Below are positions 27,086 through 41,400 of a DNA stretch of 64,000 bases, piece by piece. The notes below the pieces were generated by a model. The model did not search any database, was not told the origin of the DNA, and saw only the letters and a list, made by a program, of their open reading frames with translations. The DNA comes from Octopus vulgaris (Eukaryota), in NCBI GenBank assembly GCA_951406725.2, contig OX597814.1, positions 100,750,001 to 100,814,000 on the forward strand, read 5' to 3'. The translations under genes and the position numbers were made by a program. The stretch's first letter is position 1. The number at the start of each line of letters is the position of its first letter.

Positions 27086-28910
27086 CTAATGACTCTCATT
27101 GGATAATAAATATTGTAATATTATTACATAATTACTGTTTATTTAGTCAGTGAAAACTAAAGTAGCGATAACTTTCTCACGTTTGACATTAAGTTAAATA
27201 CGTCTAACCACTGTTTATTACATTTCCGAGTGATGTCCTCGGCAAGGTCGTACTATAATGTATCTGTAGCTATACAGATGCTTCGGTCGCATCTAATAGT
27301 TCAAATACTTCGATCAAATCCCTTCTTGCCATTGGTCAGTTGGAACAGGGCTACACTGAGGGAAATAAGGAATAGCAACCGAATAAGTACGCATTGTTGG
27401 AAATCGAACCTTTCACCAAATAATTAACCGTAAGTGTCATAGCACCTACCTGTCTATATTGACACATTGTTATTCTTTTATATACGGTAAATAAATTGAT
27501 ATCTTATCATATAAGATAAGCAATTGATACCCTATATAATATTCCTATTCTCTCTAAACAACAGCAGCTGGGTTTTTCTTATTCTAATCCCAAATGGAAA
27601 TGAATTATTGCTATTGGCCAAATCTCTATATTACCGGCTTTTCGCGAAGGATTTCTGAAAAACCACCAACCACTTATCATTCCGTTCTCTCCCCCACTCC
27701 ATCTACTGTAGTGATTGGCATTACAGTATGATTTGCTACAAGACACCATCGTATCGATGTTTGGAAGAAGAAAAGGAGTGGTCACCGGAGAGAATGAAAG
27801 AAAAGAAAAATAAATATAACAGGAAGAAATCAATGGAAAGAGGAAAGGCGGGAAAAAAAGAAAACGAAAGCGAAGATAGACTAAGCGGATGATGTTTTGA
27901 AAGATATATTCGACATCCAGTCATTTGTCTGCCAACAAATGGCTAAAGCAAAGCAAGCATTGAGTTTAATGATGGTGAAATAAAAATAAAGTAGTGTCCG
28001 AAGAAAACATAAATAAACAATACGTTCATTGATGAATGATCATAAATAAGGACAGAATTTGTTACAACGTCGTCGTCTATTCCAAATATAATGACATTCA
28101 GTGCAAGTAGAAATATCGGCGAAAAACTGGCGTAGCTTTTGCTGTTAATTAATCTTCTCAGACAACTGTATACTTTAGTGTGTGTTTGTATGGGTCAGAG
28201 AATACGTACACTTCTAGAATTCAACCCTTACGTATCATTATAAATATTGATATGGATATATACATACATATATTCTTATTTATTATATAGTCATGAAAGG
28301 CGGAAAGCTGCCACAATCGTTAGCACGCCGCACAAGTTGCTTATTGGTATTTCGTCCGTCTTTATGTTCTGAGCTCAAATTCTGCCGAAGTGGACTTTGC
28401 CTTTCATGAACTCGAAAAAATTGGAGCATTTGAGCACAATTATCCATGCAATCGAATTCCCACTACATGTATACAGAATTCTACTCTTCGTTCCTATTGT
28501 AGAATGCATTATATAGATTTCAATGCGTGTTAATGATTTCAGCTTATTGAACGGTGGTGTGAGAGATTAGCAAACTTCAAAAATACAGTCCTCTATACAT
28601 AGGTCTAAGTATCTAACTAGTTCATATATATGCCACAGAAGAGGCACACACATACACACACATATACACAATTATATAAAATATGCATAAAATTGTAGAA
28701 ATACACACATACACCCATATGTATATATGCTGGTTTCACATTTTTGCACAAGATTGTGTGTAAGCTCTTTCGCTGTTTAAAGTTTCAGTCACGCGTGTTT
28801 TGATTTAATATGTATTTGGAAAGTTGTTTTTTGTAGTATAACCGAATCAATTATCTCTTGCAAAGTTTTTTATGCATGTGTGTGTATGTGTGTGTGTGCG
28901 TGTGTGTATG

Positions 28911-28980
<70 letters not shown>

Positions 28981-29020
28981 TTTATAATAAGATTAGATCG
29001 TATACGAGTGGGTATATATT

Positions 29021-29257
<237 letters not shown>

Positions 29258-29481
29258 CATAGATTAGAGAAAAACCATTATTATGCAATTCAAACAATGA
29301 TAGACATAAACCGAATCATAAATAAAAGATAAAATATATTTCAAAACATATAACTAGATCACAAAAAGTACAAAAATGAATAAACATTATATAATAAGTA
29401 AAACGACTACGTACATTTCATGGCTATAATTTAAATTCGAATATTAGGGAGTAATTATACTCCTTTCCATAATATTATTAT

Positions 29482-29520
<39 letters not shown>

Positions 29521-29523
<3 letters not shown>

Positions 29524-29658
29524 GACGGGCTTCTTTCAGTTTGGACGATGCGAAGCTATAGTTGAAGACGCTTGCCTAGTGTACTATGCAGTGAGATTAA
29601 ACACGGAACCATGTGGTTGGGAAGCAAGTTTATTGCTACACAGCCACGCCTGCGCCTT
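29521..29658 (-). mobile_element. SINE family A head, decayed
   Basis: acgacgggcttctttcagttt ... cacagccacgcctgcgcc. Confidence 0.7.
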
Positions 29659-29670
29659 TATATATATATA

Positions 29671-29890
29671 TTTAACAGCATTATCGAGATTCTGAGCGAA
29701 ACGCAGAATGTCCTCGACTCGCTTACTGAGAACGACTTCCGGGCCAAATTCCAAAAGTGGTAGGATCGCTGGGATCAGTGTATTGCTGAGTGAGGTGACT
29801 ATTTTGAAGGAAATGGTGTTAAAACTTATGTAAATAAGGTATTTTTTTACTACACACAACTAGTCCGGGAAACTTTTGATACCATCACGC
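29671..29890 (+). mobile_element. Mariner transposase C-terminal relic with 3' TIR
   Basis: FNSIIEI...DFRAKFQKW*DRWDQCIAE*GDYFEG is a typical mariner C-terminus, followed by TIR-like gtccgggaaacttttgatacc. Confidence 0.8.
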
Positions 29891-30041
29891 ATGTGAATTA
29901 AGAAGCGTCTAATATATGTAAATCGAAAAACGTAAAATGCTGGATTTGGTCCCCAAGCATTGCAAATGGACTACGTAACAATATTGATTTCAATTCGCTG
30001 CGGTGCATTCAGACTCATAAACGTGTGCATGCATTAACTGA

Positions 30042-30071
<30 letters not shown>

Positions 30072-30076
<5 letters not shown>

Positions 30077-30446
30077 ATATAAACGGCAGTTTGTCTGTGC
30101 GTGTTTCTGTGTTGTTTTCTCGTACCTCACTCTGACCACGGCTTTCAACCGATTCTGATGAAACTTGACACACACATAGCCCAATGTCATAATTCAAAAC
30201 TAACGCAGCGAAAATTTTGAAAAGTTTCCCAGTTCTGAAAAAAATCGATAAATTCGACATGGGGTCGAGAATTAGAAACCCAAACCACAGACCGTCTAGG
30301 GGACGCAACTCTACCTTTTTTAACTCTCAAAAAAAATTTACCATCATTTGTTTTCCATTTTTTTGCTATTTTTTGGCTATAACTCTCTAAAAATGCTTTA
30401 TAGTTATTTCCCTACAAACCTGAGCAACGCCGGGCGATACTGCTAG
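30072..30446 (+). mobile_element. Non-autonomous Helitron
   Basis: 5' TC, 3' hairpin cctgagcaacgccggg followed by CTAG; inserted between A and T in (TA)n with no TSD. Confidence 0.8.
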
Positions 30447-30478
<32 letters not shown>

Positions 30479-30546
30479 TACATATGCACACTCACACAGA
30501 CATACACAAACACACACATACACGTACACACACACACACACACACG

Positions 30547-30578
<32 letters not shown>

Positions 30579-32658
30579 CATATATAATTAAATATAATAT
30601 ATGATATAGTTAATGCATCACTATATGCTTTGACACATTAAAGTTTCGGTACGGTATACGGTATTAGAATGTATTGTAACAAGAAATTGTTTAATTATAT
30701 TGTATATATATATGTAAGTAGAAAATAATCCTGGTGGTAGATGAATAACCCAACAATGATTACAAATGATTTCTAACTTAAGTAGATGGATTTTTACTTT
30801 CAGAAATGTGATATCATGACATTTATTAAATGTTTAAATAGCTGAAATGAGTTATTGGTAATACGACTATTGTTAATAAGAAACTAATTTTATGGTCTAA
30901 TAATCCCCTCTTCTGCGATGTGAGTAAAGATGGCTAGAAGGGAATTGAGTTGCTCACCTATAATACACCTACGAGTATTCATCTACTCATACAGGAATTA
31001 CTATTTGCCATTACAGTAGAAAAGGTATTGGGCACCTCTTCGTGTGAGCATCTTACAGTTTTCTGGACCTGCTAGAAATTATAATTTTCATATTTCTTTC
31101 AAACTAAAGCCTATTGTTCTAAGAAAAGAATTTTTTAAAAAACATCAAAAATATCATGGACAGCATACAGAAACGCCTAAGACCAGGGACATATTACACT
31201 GTAACTGAACGTTAACAATAACGTGAGATTGCAAAGCAATGGGATATGACAACTCCGCTTTTGAACTAGTATTCTTATACCCTAATGACTAAGCAATATT
31301 TTGGATTGAAGCGAAAAATAACAGATACATTCATTCAAATGTATGTTTTGTTACAGGATATTTTTCTCCAAACCAGATAATTAACAACAAGGGTTTGTTT
31401 TACCATTCAATATTAACAACAATTTCTGACACGAGAACAAAAAAAGGAAGTATAAACAAACGAAAGGGTCTTATGAAAATGGAGGTGGTACTTTAGTTTG
31501 AAAGCTTTGTAATCTAATATTATATAAAATATATTGAAAAGCTTTATATTTCCATGCAAAGAATATTAAGTGGAGGAGAAATGTTATACAAAAGTACTGA
31601 AATCAATATACAAATATATACACAGGCATTTGAAAGATCCCCACGCCGAAGCTAAAGACTTTACAGGAAAGTACTTAGAATAATTAATTTGAGTGGTGGA
31701 GTTTCAGAGGTAAATGGAAAAGGAGGAAGGCAATAAATTATTTTGAAGTTCATCTGGCTATGCTGACAAAACATCATCATTTCTTAATTTACTAAGAGTT
31801 TAGAAATGAAGAAATGCAAAATTTTGTTGTTTTTTTTTTTTTTCTTATGCATATCTCTAACAACGTAAACGAATCAAGTAAAGTAATACTAAAAAACAAA
31901 ATAAAACCAGTAAACAGCTTAGTTTTGCCGATGATCTTCGCTGAGACGACAAAAGAAATAGCAGCAGTGGCGATATCTGTTGTTTCCATGAAACAGAGTT
32001 ACAGCAAAGATCGAAGGCAGACCTTATTTGGGTGACAATATGTTTTATTCATTCCTGACAAGATAAAGGCAAATAGTAATATACTTGGCCATTATAGAAA
32101 GCGTAAAAAACAAAGGAAAATGAGCAATGAAAGTAAAGGAAATTATTACGCATTCACTCGTCCATCGATTCCTCAAGAAATGAAAGTGCTTTTTAGATGT
32201 GTCTTTCACAACTTCTAGCTGAAAAGTTCGCTCTTTAATGTTGTCATCCTGGAGTGTGGTGTAAGCTAATTGGGGATACCGACTAGAACGGTGTTCATTG
32301 CTCAACAGTGGTCACATGCAGAACTACAGATATAGCTACTTCCACATTAATAAACTCTAACTACTTCAGTAATGATTATAATGTATCAGCCTTCAAACGT
32401 ATATCGAGTGAGCGATGTCAACGAATCGAGAGCATACACCTGTAGTTGAAGAAATAGCCATTCAGATGATTTGGAGAACATCACGCCACATTTGATGAGG
32501 CTCTACAACTTACACGTGATTCAGAAAACAGAAAGTGTTTTGATATGTGTGAGGTAAAAAAACAAATATGTCCACAAGTACGTACGCACGCACAAACACA
32601 CATACACACATACACACATATATATAAATATATATATACTTACATATATATATATACT

Positions 32659-32714
<56 letters not shown>

Positions 32715-33149
32715 CATATAAATTACTATATAAATAAGGACAAAATCGTTATTTTAAACAATGATCAAATCAAGTGACAGCATGGAAAGAAAAACCTTAT
32801 AGGTAATAATTATTATTAAAATAAAGGTATCTAAAAGATAACACCATGCTTGAAATAGCAGTCAAGACCTGTCTCTAAAAAACTACATCAAGTATTTAAT
32901 ACAGCAGAAGGTGAAAAGACAAATAAATAAATAAACTAGTAGAAATTGGATAATTCCAGACTCTGGGTTTCTGGATCTGTATAAGATACATTGTCTTCGT
33001 CAATGAAATATTCCAAGAATTGTACATAATTGATATATATACACACAAACATACGAATACTCAGGTATATGCACGCGTGTATACATATATATGCACGTAC
33101 CCATCCAGACACTGGTGATATCTCTTAGATACACTTACTTATAGTTTTA

Positions 33150-33193
<44 letters not shown>

Positions 33194-34168
33194 AGAGAGA
33201 GAGAAAGAAAAAGAAAGAGAGTGGGAAGGTGAGTGAGAGCGAGGTGAGCAGGACAAAAACTCCAGACCTCACCCAGAAGTTATAATGGAACTTGTTACTG
33301 GCAAACTCAGAAGGATTCTAAAGTTATCCTTCGACAAATTTATTTTCAATCCAGCAGGCTTTTCAGTTCACTGATGTACTCCCAGGAAATGGTTTCAGTA
33401 AAAAAGTCATATGTAAAGAGTATTCCCTAGAAAATAGTTGAAACTGGAAAGGAAATATAATTTAGTCTGTTCCACCCCTAGTACATACTAAGCAGCATCA
33501 ATACGTATCTTTTGTTACTGTCAAGTAAATACACACCTCAACGTCAGAGACCTAATGTCTTTAAGAGAATGAAGTTATGGTTGGCTATAGCTCTTTTGGT
33601 AAGTAATTACTCAATGAAAAGATACATCCAAGAATGATAGAATGTCGAAGCAAAAAGTATTTGTCCCTTTAAAAATCCGATATCAAATTTCATGGAATAC
33701 CACTTTATGATTTTTAAACTTCTAACGCTGAAACAAAATTATTAATGTATTCAACAGTTCTTGTAACAGTACACATTTCTTTAAAGTTTGTTGGTTTGTA
33801 CCACAACAAACGAAAGTCTTTAAACTTGAACGGTAACTAGAGATTACGTTTATATATTTGTTGTACAAGATTTTTTATGTGAAAGAAGAAAGCAAAGGAC
33901 CACTGATGCGGTCACAGGAGTGTGACGAAAGAACTTGGGCCGAAATAAGATTAAGATTACTGTAAAAAAATAAATAACACTGAAGCAAAGTAACACCAAA
34001 TATATAGTGCGTGTGTTTTTATTGGCTAAACTGGCAAAATGACCATTCCGAAATGCAAAAAAGGTAACTAGAGATTTATCAATTTAATATATTCCTTCTC
34101 AAACGATTGTGACGCAAACACAAAATACATATTCGTACTTTCTTTTCACGACATATACATACATATAA

Positions 34169-34230
<62 letters not shown>

Positions 34231-34236
<6 letters not shown>

Positions 34237-34427
34237 TATATAGAAGGAGCTTCTACAGGACTAGTACTGTTTCATTCAAGAGAAATCTTCAGGAGCTTCC
34301 TGAAGATTTCTCTTGAATGAAACAGTACTAGTCCTGTAGAAGCTCCTTCTATATAATAAATTAATTTTACTCTGCTATGTATTGAGTACCTTACTTACTG
34401 TGGTTAACCCCGAATCAACCCGGGACC

Positions 34428-34430
<3 letters not shown>
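34231..34430. mobile_element. Perfect palindromic pLTR pair (64-bp arms, 3-bp spacer) plus tail
   Basis: 34231-34294 is the exact reverse complement of 34298-34361. Flanked by (TA)n; second family copy at 60153-60450. Confidence 0.9.
34291..34347 (+). ncRNA. Type I hammerhead ribozyme (predicted)
   Basis: AGGAGCTTC-CTGAAGA-T-TTC-TCTT-GAA-T-GAA-ACAG-TACTAGTC-CTGT-A-GAAGCTCCT: 9-bp helix I, intact core, GUA site after 34338. Confidence 0.75.
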
Positions 34431-34472
<42 letters not shown>

Positions 34473-34491
34473 TCGCACACGCATACATACT

Positions 34492-34544
<53 letters not shown>

Positions 34545-35665
34545 TGTTTACTTCAGTCTTCACTTCAAGTGTATACGTGTAGGCGTCCGTGCGAGTATGT
34601 CTGAAATAAATTTCGCTATGTAACCAGAAAAGAAGAAGGAAAACTGAAAACAGAATAACTTCCAAAAGAATATCTGGACATAAGAAATAAATAAGAAAAT
34701 TTGCCGGATAACAATCTTCGTATATTTAGCTTCTCGGTTTTACATTAAGTCTAAACAAATCTAGTTTAGTATCTAGAAGATCGCAATTTGATATAACCGT
34801 AGACGAAGCTATAATTCAGGCAAGTTTTTCGCAGACAACTACAGTAGCGAGAAGTGAACTGCAAACATTAGTTCGCTTATGATGACAGTCACATAAGAGT
34901 GAGCTGACGTTTGATGTATGATTTCCATTCTTTTGCAAGCTATCGCTATAGTAAATGTGTTTTTCCCTCAAACATTTATGGCGCTCGTTTCTGAAAAGAT
35001 TTATATCATGATACCTCTACCGATTGTTGTAGGTAGTAGGTAACACTCTGAGCGTATATCCACACGTACGACTATAAACTCACAGTCACATACACATACG
35101 CACACATATATATATATATAGACTTATAATGACACGACAAAAATAAAAACATACACTGGCACTTATTTATGCATATGCACATTAAGACACACATACATAA
35201 CATATACGTTCACCTGTGTAGTAAAACAGAGCCTAAGTGAGACATATGACTATATATACGAGATTTCGCCTCATCATTTTCCTCTTTTGCCACATTATCG
35301 GACACTGCCTGAGGAACATACTAAAGTGAAAAGATGATCGTTCATTTAGGCTGCTTACAAATAACGAAACAAAACAGGATACATTTTCAGAACATCGTTG
35401 TTATATTGAAATAAACATAGACTTATTGACAAATTCTTATAACTAGACATAAAATATCTTATGTGTGAATGGACGCCTGCGCTTATACACACACACACAC
35501 ACACAACCACACACACACACACACACTCATATACGCATGCACGTACACACATCAAATATAGGAAATGAAACCGATATTCAAAATTTGTATTGATTATATC
35601 AGCTTATCTGTCATTGCAGCCACTTTTTATCCGAACATATAAATATGTATAATATATAATATAAA

Positions 35666-35838
35666 GGCGCAGGAGTGGCTGTGTGGTAAGTAGCTTGCTT
35701 ACTAAACACATGGTTCCGGGTTCAGTCCCACTGCGTGGCACCTTGGACAAGTGTCTTCTTCTATAGTACTATAGCCTCGGGCCGACCAAGGCCTTGTGAG
35801 TGGATTTGGTAGACGGAAACTGAAAAAAGCCCGTCGCA

Positions 35839-35937
<99 letters not shown>

Positions 35938-36130
35938 TTGTGTGTCTGTGTTTGTCTTGTCTCCCCAACATCGCTGGTGTATTTACGTCCCCTGGTGTAT
36001 TTAAGTGACCGATAGAATAAGTACTAGGCTTACAAAGAATAAGTCCTGGGGTCGATTTTGCTCGACTAAAGGCGGTGCTCCAGCATGGCGACAGTCAAAT
36101 GACTGAAACAAGTAAAAGAGTAAAAGAGTA
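35666..36130 (+). mobile_element. SINE family A, full length
   Basis: tRNA-like head (TGGCTGTGTGGTAAG; GGTTCAGTCCC), CORE-like CCTTGGACAAGTGTCTTC, internal (TA)(TG) tract and (GTAAAAGA) tail. Confidence 0.9.
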
Positions 36131-37321
36131 AAAAGAGAGTATATGAAAAGGATTGTACAAAATGCAGATGGATTAGAGCTTATAGAAATTCTTTGCTTTG
36201 CTACTAGTAAGAGAACAAGGAAGTATATATTATGATATTGTACGAGCCCCGACATTCTGACACCTGCAAATGGCCATTTGATTCCTGTCACCAAAATGTA
36301 TACATTCGGCAGTAGATCCCAACATTCGGCTATTAGCGTATACAATAAAGCGGCAGGTGAACTGGAAATTATCTCAGTTGACAGGATACAAGCTTTCAAA
36401 AGTTACGTGCACGAAATTCTTCCTGTTATTTCTTTTCCATAAAAAGTAAAGAATCATATATTTAACAAAAATCTCCATTTAGGGTATTCTTCCCAAATGC
36501 AGTTAAAAAAACAAATAGAAAGAAAATAAACAAAAATTAAGAGAAGCTTTTTCAATAGAATGCTTTACGTTATATAATTGCCCATATTGTTTTTTTTATA
36601 CCTTCGTATTTTATATCTGAAATATGTTCTCATATTGTTTCTTATTTTAAAATACATATTCCATATATTCCTCGAAAGTGCGACGTACAGATATAAAATT
36701 TATTTTTCATTGACATCATATAGCTGCATAATATCTCATACAGGATATTTCGTCATTGACTGACAGTTACTCTAACTGGAATGTTTCTGTTAATTCATAA
36801 AAGATGCGATAAAATGCTTGGAGTTAATCTGAAATTCTAGAAACATGTCGGAATAATAGGTTTTTGGACAAACTGATTAAAATTTTTGAGTTAAAATATT
36901 ATTACGCCGTATGGTCATATTTATTTACTCCCTTCCATTGGCATATTTCTTATATCAGTTGAATCTACCTTCAGATCCACATGAAACTTATTAATTATAC
37001 AGCAAACGGCTTTCTTTCAAATTATTATTTGTTTAGACAGAGTATGTAACGTTGAATTCTAAATTAACTAAAAAAGCTGGGTAACTATCAATGGAGAAGT
37101 AGCCTTAAAAAAATAAACGTAAATGATGTATAAAAAAATATCCCTGTAACTTACTGAAAAATTCGGTGTTAAACATGTAAAATCTCTTTAAAAATTAAAA
37201 TTTATCTTATATAGTGGCGTTTTCAAACTTCTTTTTTATACACACACACACACACATACGCACTCACGCACACACACGCACAAAACACACACACACACAC
37301 ACATACATACATATATATATA

Positions 37322-37440
37322 TATTGAGATAAAAGTCGTCAGAGTTTGAGAAAAAATTCTTTTTATTTCTTCATTATTATTAATAGCGCTTTCGTTCCTT
37401 TCTCGGACTTGTCAAATAAAATTTTGTGAATCTAAAAACA
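37322..37440 (-). mobile_element. pLTR fragment with degenerate hammerhead (37381-37420)
   Basis: Minus strand TTGACAA-GTCC-GAGAAA-GGAAC-GAA-AGCGCT-A; palindromic helix III. Confidence 0.5.
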
Positions 37441-37569
37441 CCTTGTTCATTTATATAAAACAGATGTTTTTGCGGGGATTTTATTTAGAAGAGAACATTG
37501 TTTTTTGTTTTTGTGGGTGAGTTTCCATGAGAATGGAGATGGATAGATAGAAATATAGGTAGATAGATG

Positions 37570-37648
<79 letters not shown>

Positions 37649-38527
37649 GTATGGATGGATGGATGGATAGATAGACAGATAGATAGTCAGACAGATAGAT
37701 AGTCAGACAGATAGACAGACAGGTGGAGGGAGAGAGAAAGTGTATCCCCCTTCCTATTCACCATTCATCCATTTATTTATGTATTTATTTATTTATTTTG
37801 TACTTTACCATTGTATTGGAATGGACCTCTTCAAAAAAAAAATTAGGTGTGGTTTGGTCATCACTAAAAGTCTTTTTATTTTCTTCCTCTCTTCCCATTT
37901 CTTTCCTCTTCCAAACATTCAATTTTGGAGGAAATTTTTTTATGAAACGTAGCTCTGCATGAAAATCCTTAGTATAATATTTGCAAATTAAAAATTTAAA
38001 AATAAATAAATAAAATAAAATTAAAAAATATATAAATACACACACATATATTTACGTAAAGCTAGAACAAAAAGATATTTTCCAAAATTCTGACATTTTT
38101 TTCTCAGTATTCAATTTCTGTACATAACACCTAACACTGTATACATAACTCCTTGGATGTACAAGACGCCAGAATGAATGGTACACAACCAAATTCGCAG
38201 TCGAGAAACAACAAAAAAACAGAACTTCTCACAGAAATATCTAATAAGTTAAATTTACTTATTTCAAGATTGGATATCTTCACGAATGCAGATAAAAATC
38301 TAAATAATATCATTACAGAAGGTGCTCTAACAACAGAGACGAACAACAAGATAGTAGCAAGAACAAACTCACTTGAAACCACATCTCTGGAACTACAATA
38401 ACAAAACTCCTTAATCATCGGAAACATGCATATTGGAAAAGCATTCGATGCAACAATATAGCAAACACCTACAAAAATTGGCGAAGCAAAGAAAGCGCAA
38501 TCCTGCCCAGAAAATTCTTTCTGTTAA

Positions 38528-38629
<102 letters not shown>

Positions 38630-38640
38630 TATATTCTTTT

Positions 38641-38915
38641 ATTCTTTTACTCCCATCAGTCATTTGACTGCGGCCACGGTCCGCCTTTATTGGAAAAATC
38701 GACCCCAGGACTTATTCTTTGTAAGTCTAGTACATATTCTATCGCCGTTTTTAGCCAAACACCTAAGTTACGAGGACGAAAACACATCAACATCGGTTGT
38801 CAAGCGATGTTGCTGTGTCAAACACAGTCACACAAATACATACGAATATACATATATATATATGTACGACGGGCTTCTTTCAGTTTCTGTCTACTGAATT
38901 CACTCGCAAGGTTTT
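38641..38915 (-). mobile_element. SINE family A, partial
   Basis: gtcatttgactgcggcc...gaccccaggacttattctttgtaag...acgacgggcttctttcagttt. Confidence 0.8.
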
Positions 38916-39057
38916 GATCAGCACATATATACATACATACATACATACATACACTCACATACATGTCTATCAGAATTACTTAATACACTTTTGAAGTATA
39001 AAGGTGAATATTTTAAAAATATATTTTTATATGTTATAAAATCATATACATATACAA

Positions 39058-39130
<73 letters not shown>

Positions 39131-39429
39131 CATACATACATACATACATACATACATACATACATACATACATACATACATACATAGCTTGATATTAATT
39201 TACCTATATATTAATATCTCTAACTGCAAATAGAATGAGGCTCAAAAGTCGTTGGATCATTTTTCACAATAATAACTTATATATAATAAATTTTTTTGCT
39301 TGTTTGTTTCACGTTAGAAAATTAGAAAATTATCATAATGAAATTCTCGATAGAGTAACAAGTGAAAGTAATTAAATTTTATCTAGAAAAATCAGCGAAC
39401 AGTTGCGTTAATCCCAACGCTTACATTTG

Positions 39430-39720
39430 CCATTTTCATGTCAGACAACCATCATTCAAACAAGCTATATTCAATTTATTCTAGCATTTGAGCAACAAGG
39501 AGTTGTAGTTGATTCGCCACATGTGAGAAAGCCACATTCAGGAATATTTCAGGGCAACATTCAGCGTGTACAGCAGAGCATTGAAGAAGAGCATCTAACA
39601 TTACCCCGACGGTGGTCCCAGCAGCTGAGCAAATCTTGAAATTCTCTGCAGAGGATCTATAGGATGTTGAATTTCTTCCCATATAAAGTGCAGCTGATTT
39701 AGGAACTGAAGCTAGCAGTA
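39430..39720 (+). mobile_element. Tc1/mariner transposase N-terminal (HTH) relic
   Basis: FEQQGVVVD...NIQRVQQSIEE...RRWSQQLSKS*NSLQRI...FFPYKVQLI*ELK matches DUF4817-type Tc1/mariner HTH regions. Confidence 0.7.
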
Positions 39721-40019
39721 TATCGGGTACGATTAGTGTATGCTGCCCAGATAAATAAACTTTAAATTCAACTGGCTCTCATGCTCACCTGATTTAATGA
39801 CTCCAGACATTCTCCTGTGTTAATATCTGGAAGAGTGTGTAAACCGTAACAGTCTGCGGAACATTGGGCACTTTAAGGTGAGAGAAAAAGTCGTAAGAAT
39901 AAACCAGCATGGAAAGTGGTATCGTCACACATGTTGATACACAGGTCACGCAGATTTAGGTTCTGGGAATGTAATTCATCCTGGGTCAATGTACCCAGTA
40001 AGTTTTTCGTTCAGTTTTG

Positions 40020-40785
40020 AGTGCTGATAGCTTAAGACTTGGAATTTTCCAGCATTAAACTGCATATTATTCTTCTCAGCTTATCTGTAAATTGCATCCA
40101 ACTCCTGCTGTAGGCATGCAACATCGCTAGGGTTTTGTGTATTTTCGACGAGATTTTCGTTTCGTCTGTGTAGCTAGCAAGCGTGACTACCCGAGCAGCT
40201 GAGGGCATATCTGAGAGGGACACTATGAAAAGCAGTGGTCCCAAGACAGTGCCCTGTGGAACACCACTCACTATTTGAGGTGGCTTCATTGCCTGACTTA
40301 TATCTTTCAGAAAGTCATGTAACCACTCTCCAAGTTTTCCGCCTATGCCAAAATCACTATCTTTGTGGCATATCATATAATGATCAACTTTATCAAAATC
40401 TTTTGCAAAGTCAAGGTATATTACGTCCACATTTGAGTTGTCGAGTAACTACTTCAACACCCAGTCATAGTACTGTAGGGGCTGTGTCAGGCAAATCCTA
40501 CCTGCTCGAAAACCAAGCTGGATATCACTCAGCAAGTCATTTTTTTTTAATGAAAGCGATTAGTTTCCTTCTGACTAATCGTTCCATGACTTTGCTGATG
40601 TGTGAAGTCAGACAGATAGATTTATAACATTTGGCATCTGCTCTGTGTCCTCCTTTATGTATTGGACATATTGCCTTCTTTAGTATTCTTGGCAGCTTGC
40701 CATTTGCAAAAGAGCTCTGGAAGAGAATCTGTACTGGTTTTGCCAGGGCACGTTTGCAGGATTTGAGGAAGATTGCAGGGAAAGC
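40020..40785 (-). mobile_element. CR1-group LINE reverse transcriptase fragment
   Basis: PIHKGG...YKSICLTS..SKVMER; DVIYLDFAKDFDKVDH; SGVPQGTVLGPLLF; YTDETKI (decayed YADD). Confidence 0.9.
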
Positions 40786-41278
40786 AAATTAAACCATCTT
40801 AAAAATAAATATCCTGCCTAAGGGACAGAATTATTATAGGATTATTATATTTCTTCATTTTATTTCAAAATACGGTAGGGCTCTCTTCTGTAAGTATGCC
40901 ATATGTGTAATATAACGACACAGATAATAACGTGTGTGGGGTGGTATAACTGTAATAAGCTCCATTACTTCATATTGCTATAAGTATTACTTGATAAGTA
41001 TTATTTTGTATTCGTTTTATAGTTATATCTGTAGAACAGTTTTTCGCTGCCTACCTTCACAATAGAAAACGTAGAAGATCACTTTCGTTTTGTTCCCTGC
41101 ATACCTTCAGAATAGATACCGTAATTTAGATTTCACGACAAAATTTTTCCTTTGTTTCACGTATTCCACATCAGAATTTAGCTGTCATTTTCCAATCTCA
41201 CTTCAGCATACTTGTACAGCTTTTCATTTGAAAATACCCATTTTCCTTAAACATAGGAAGAAAGAAATTCAGTAGTGA

Positions 41279-41400
41279 AATGATTTCAGACAAATTTTGC
41301 CAGTGATTCCCAGGGGAACAAAGGCGGATGAATTGAAAGCACGCTTGAAATCTTCAATTTTATGGAAACATATCAAAGAGTTAAAGCTTTTTGCAAATAT
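41279..41400 (+). mobile_element. Helitron PIF1-like helicase fragment
   Basis: DFRQILPVIPRGTKADELKARLKSSILWKHIKELKL, the conserved Helitron helicase block. Confidence 0.85.

Noticed and set aside
30152-30170. CTGATGAAAC motif in the Helitron
   Set aside because: No helix II or helix I; part of a common Helitron/HINE internal motif, not a hammerhead.
35666-35740. tRNA genes at SINE heads (also 16348, 22870, 43225, 58257)
   Set aside because: A/B boxes are present but there is no complete cloverleaf, and most continue into SINE bodies.
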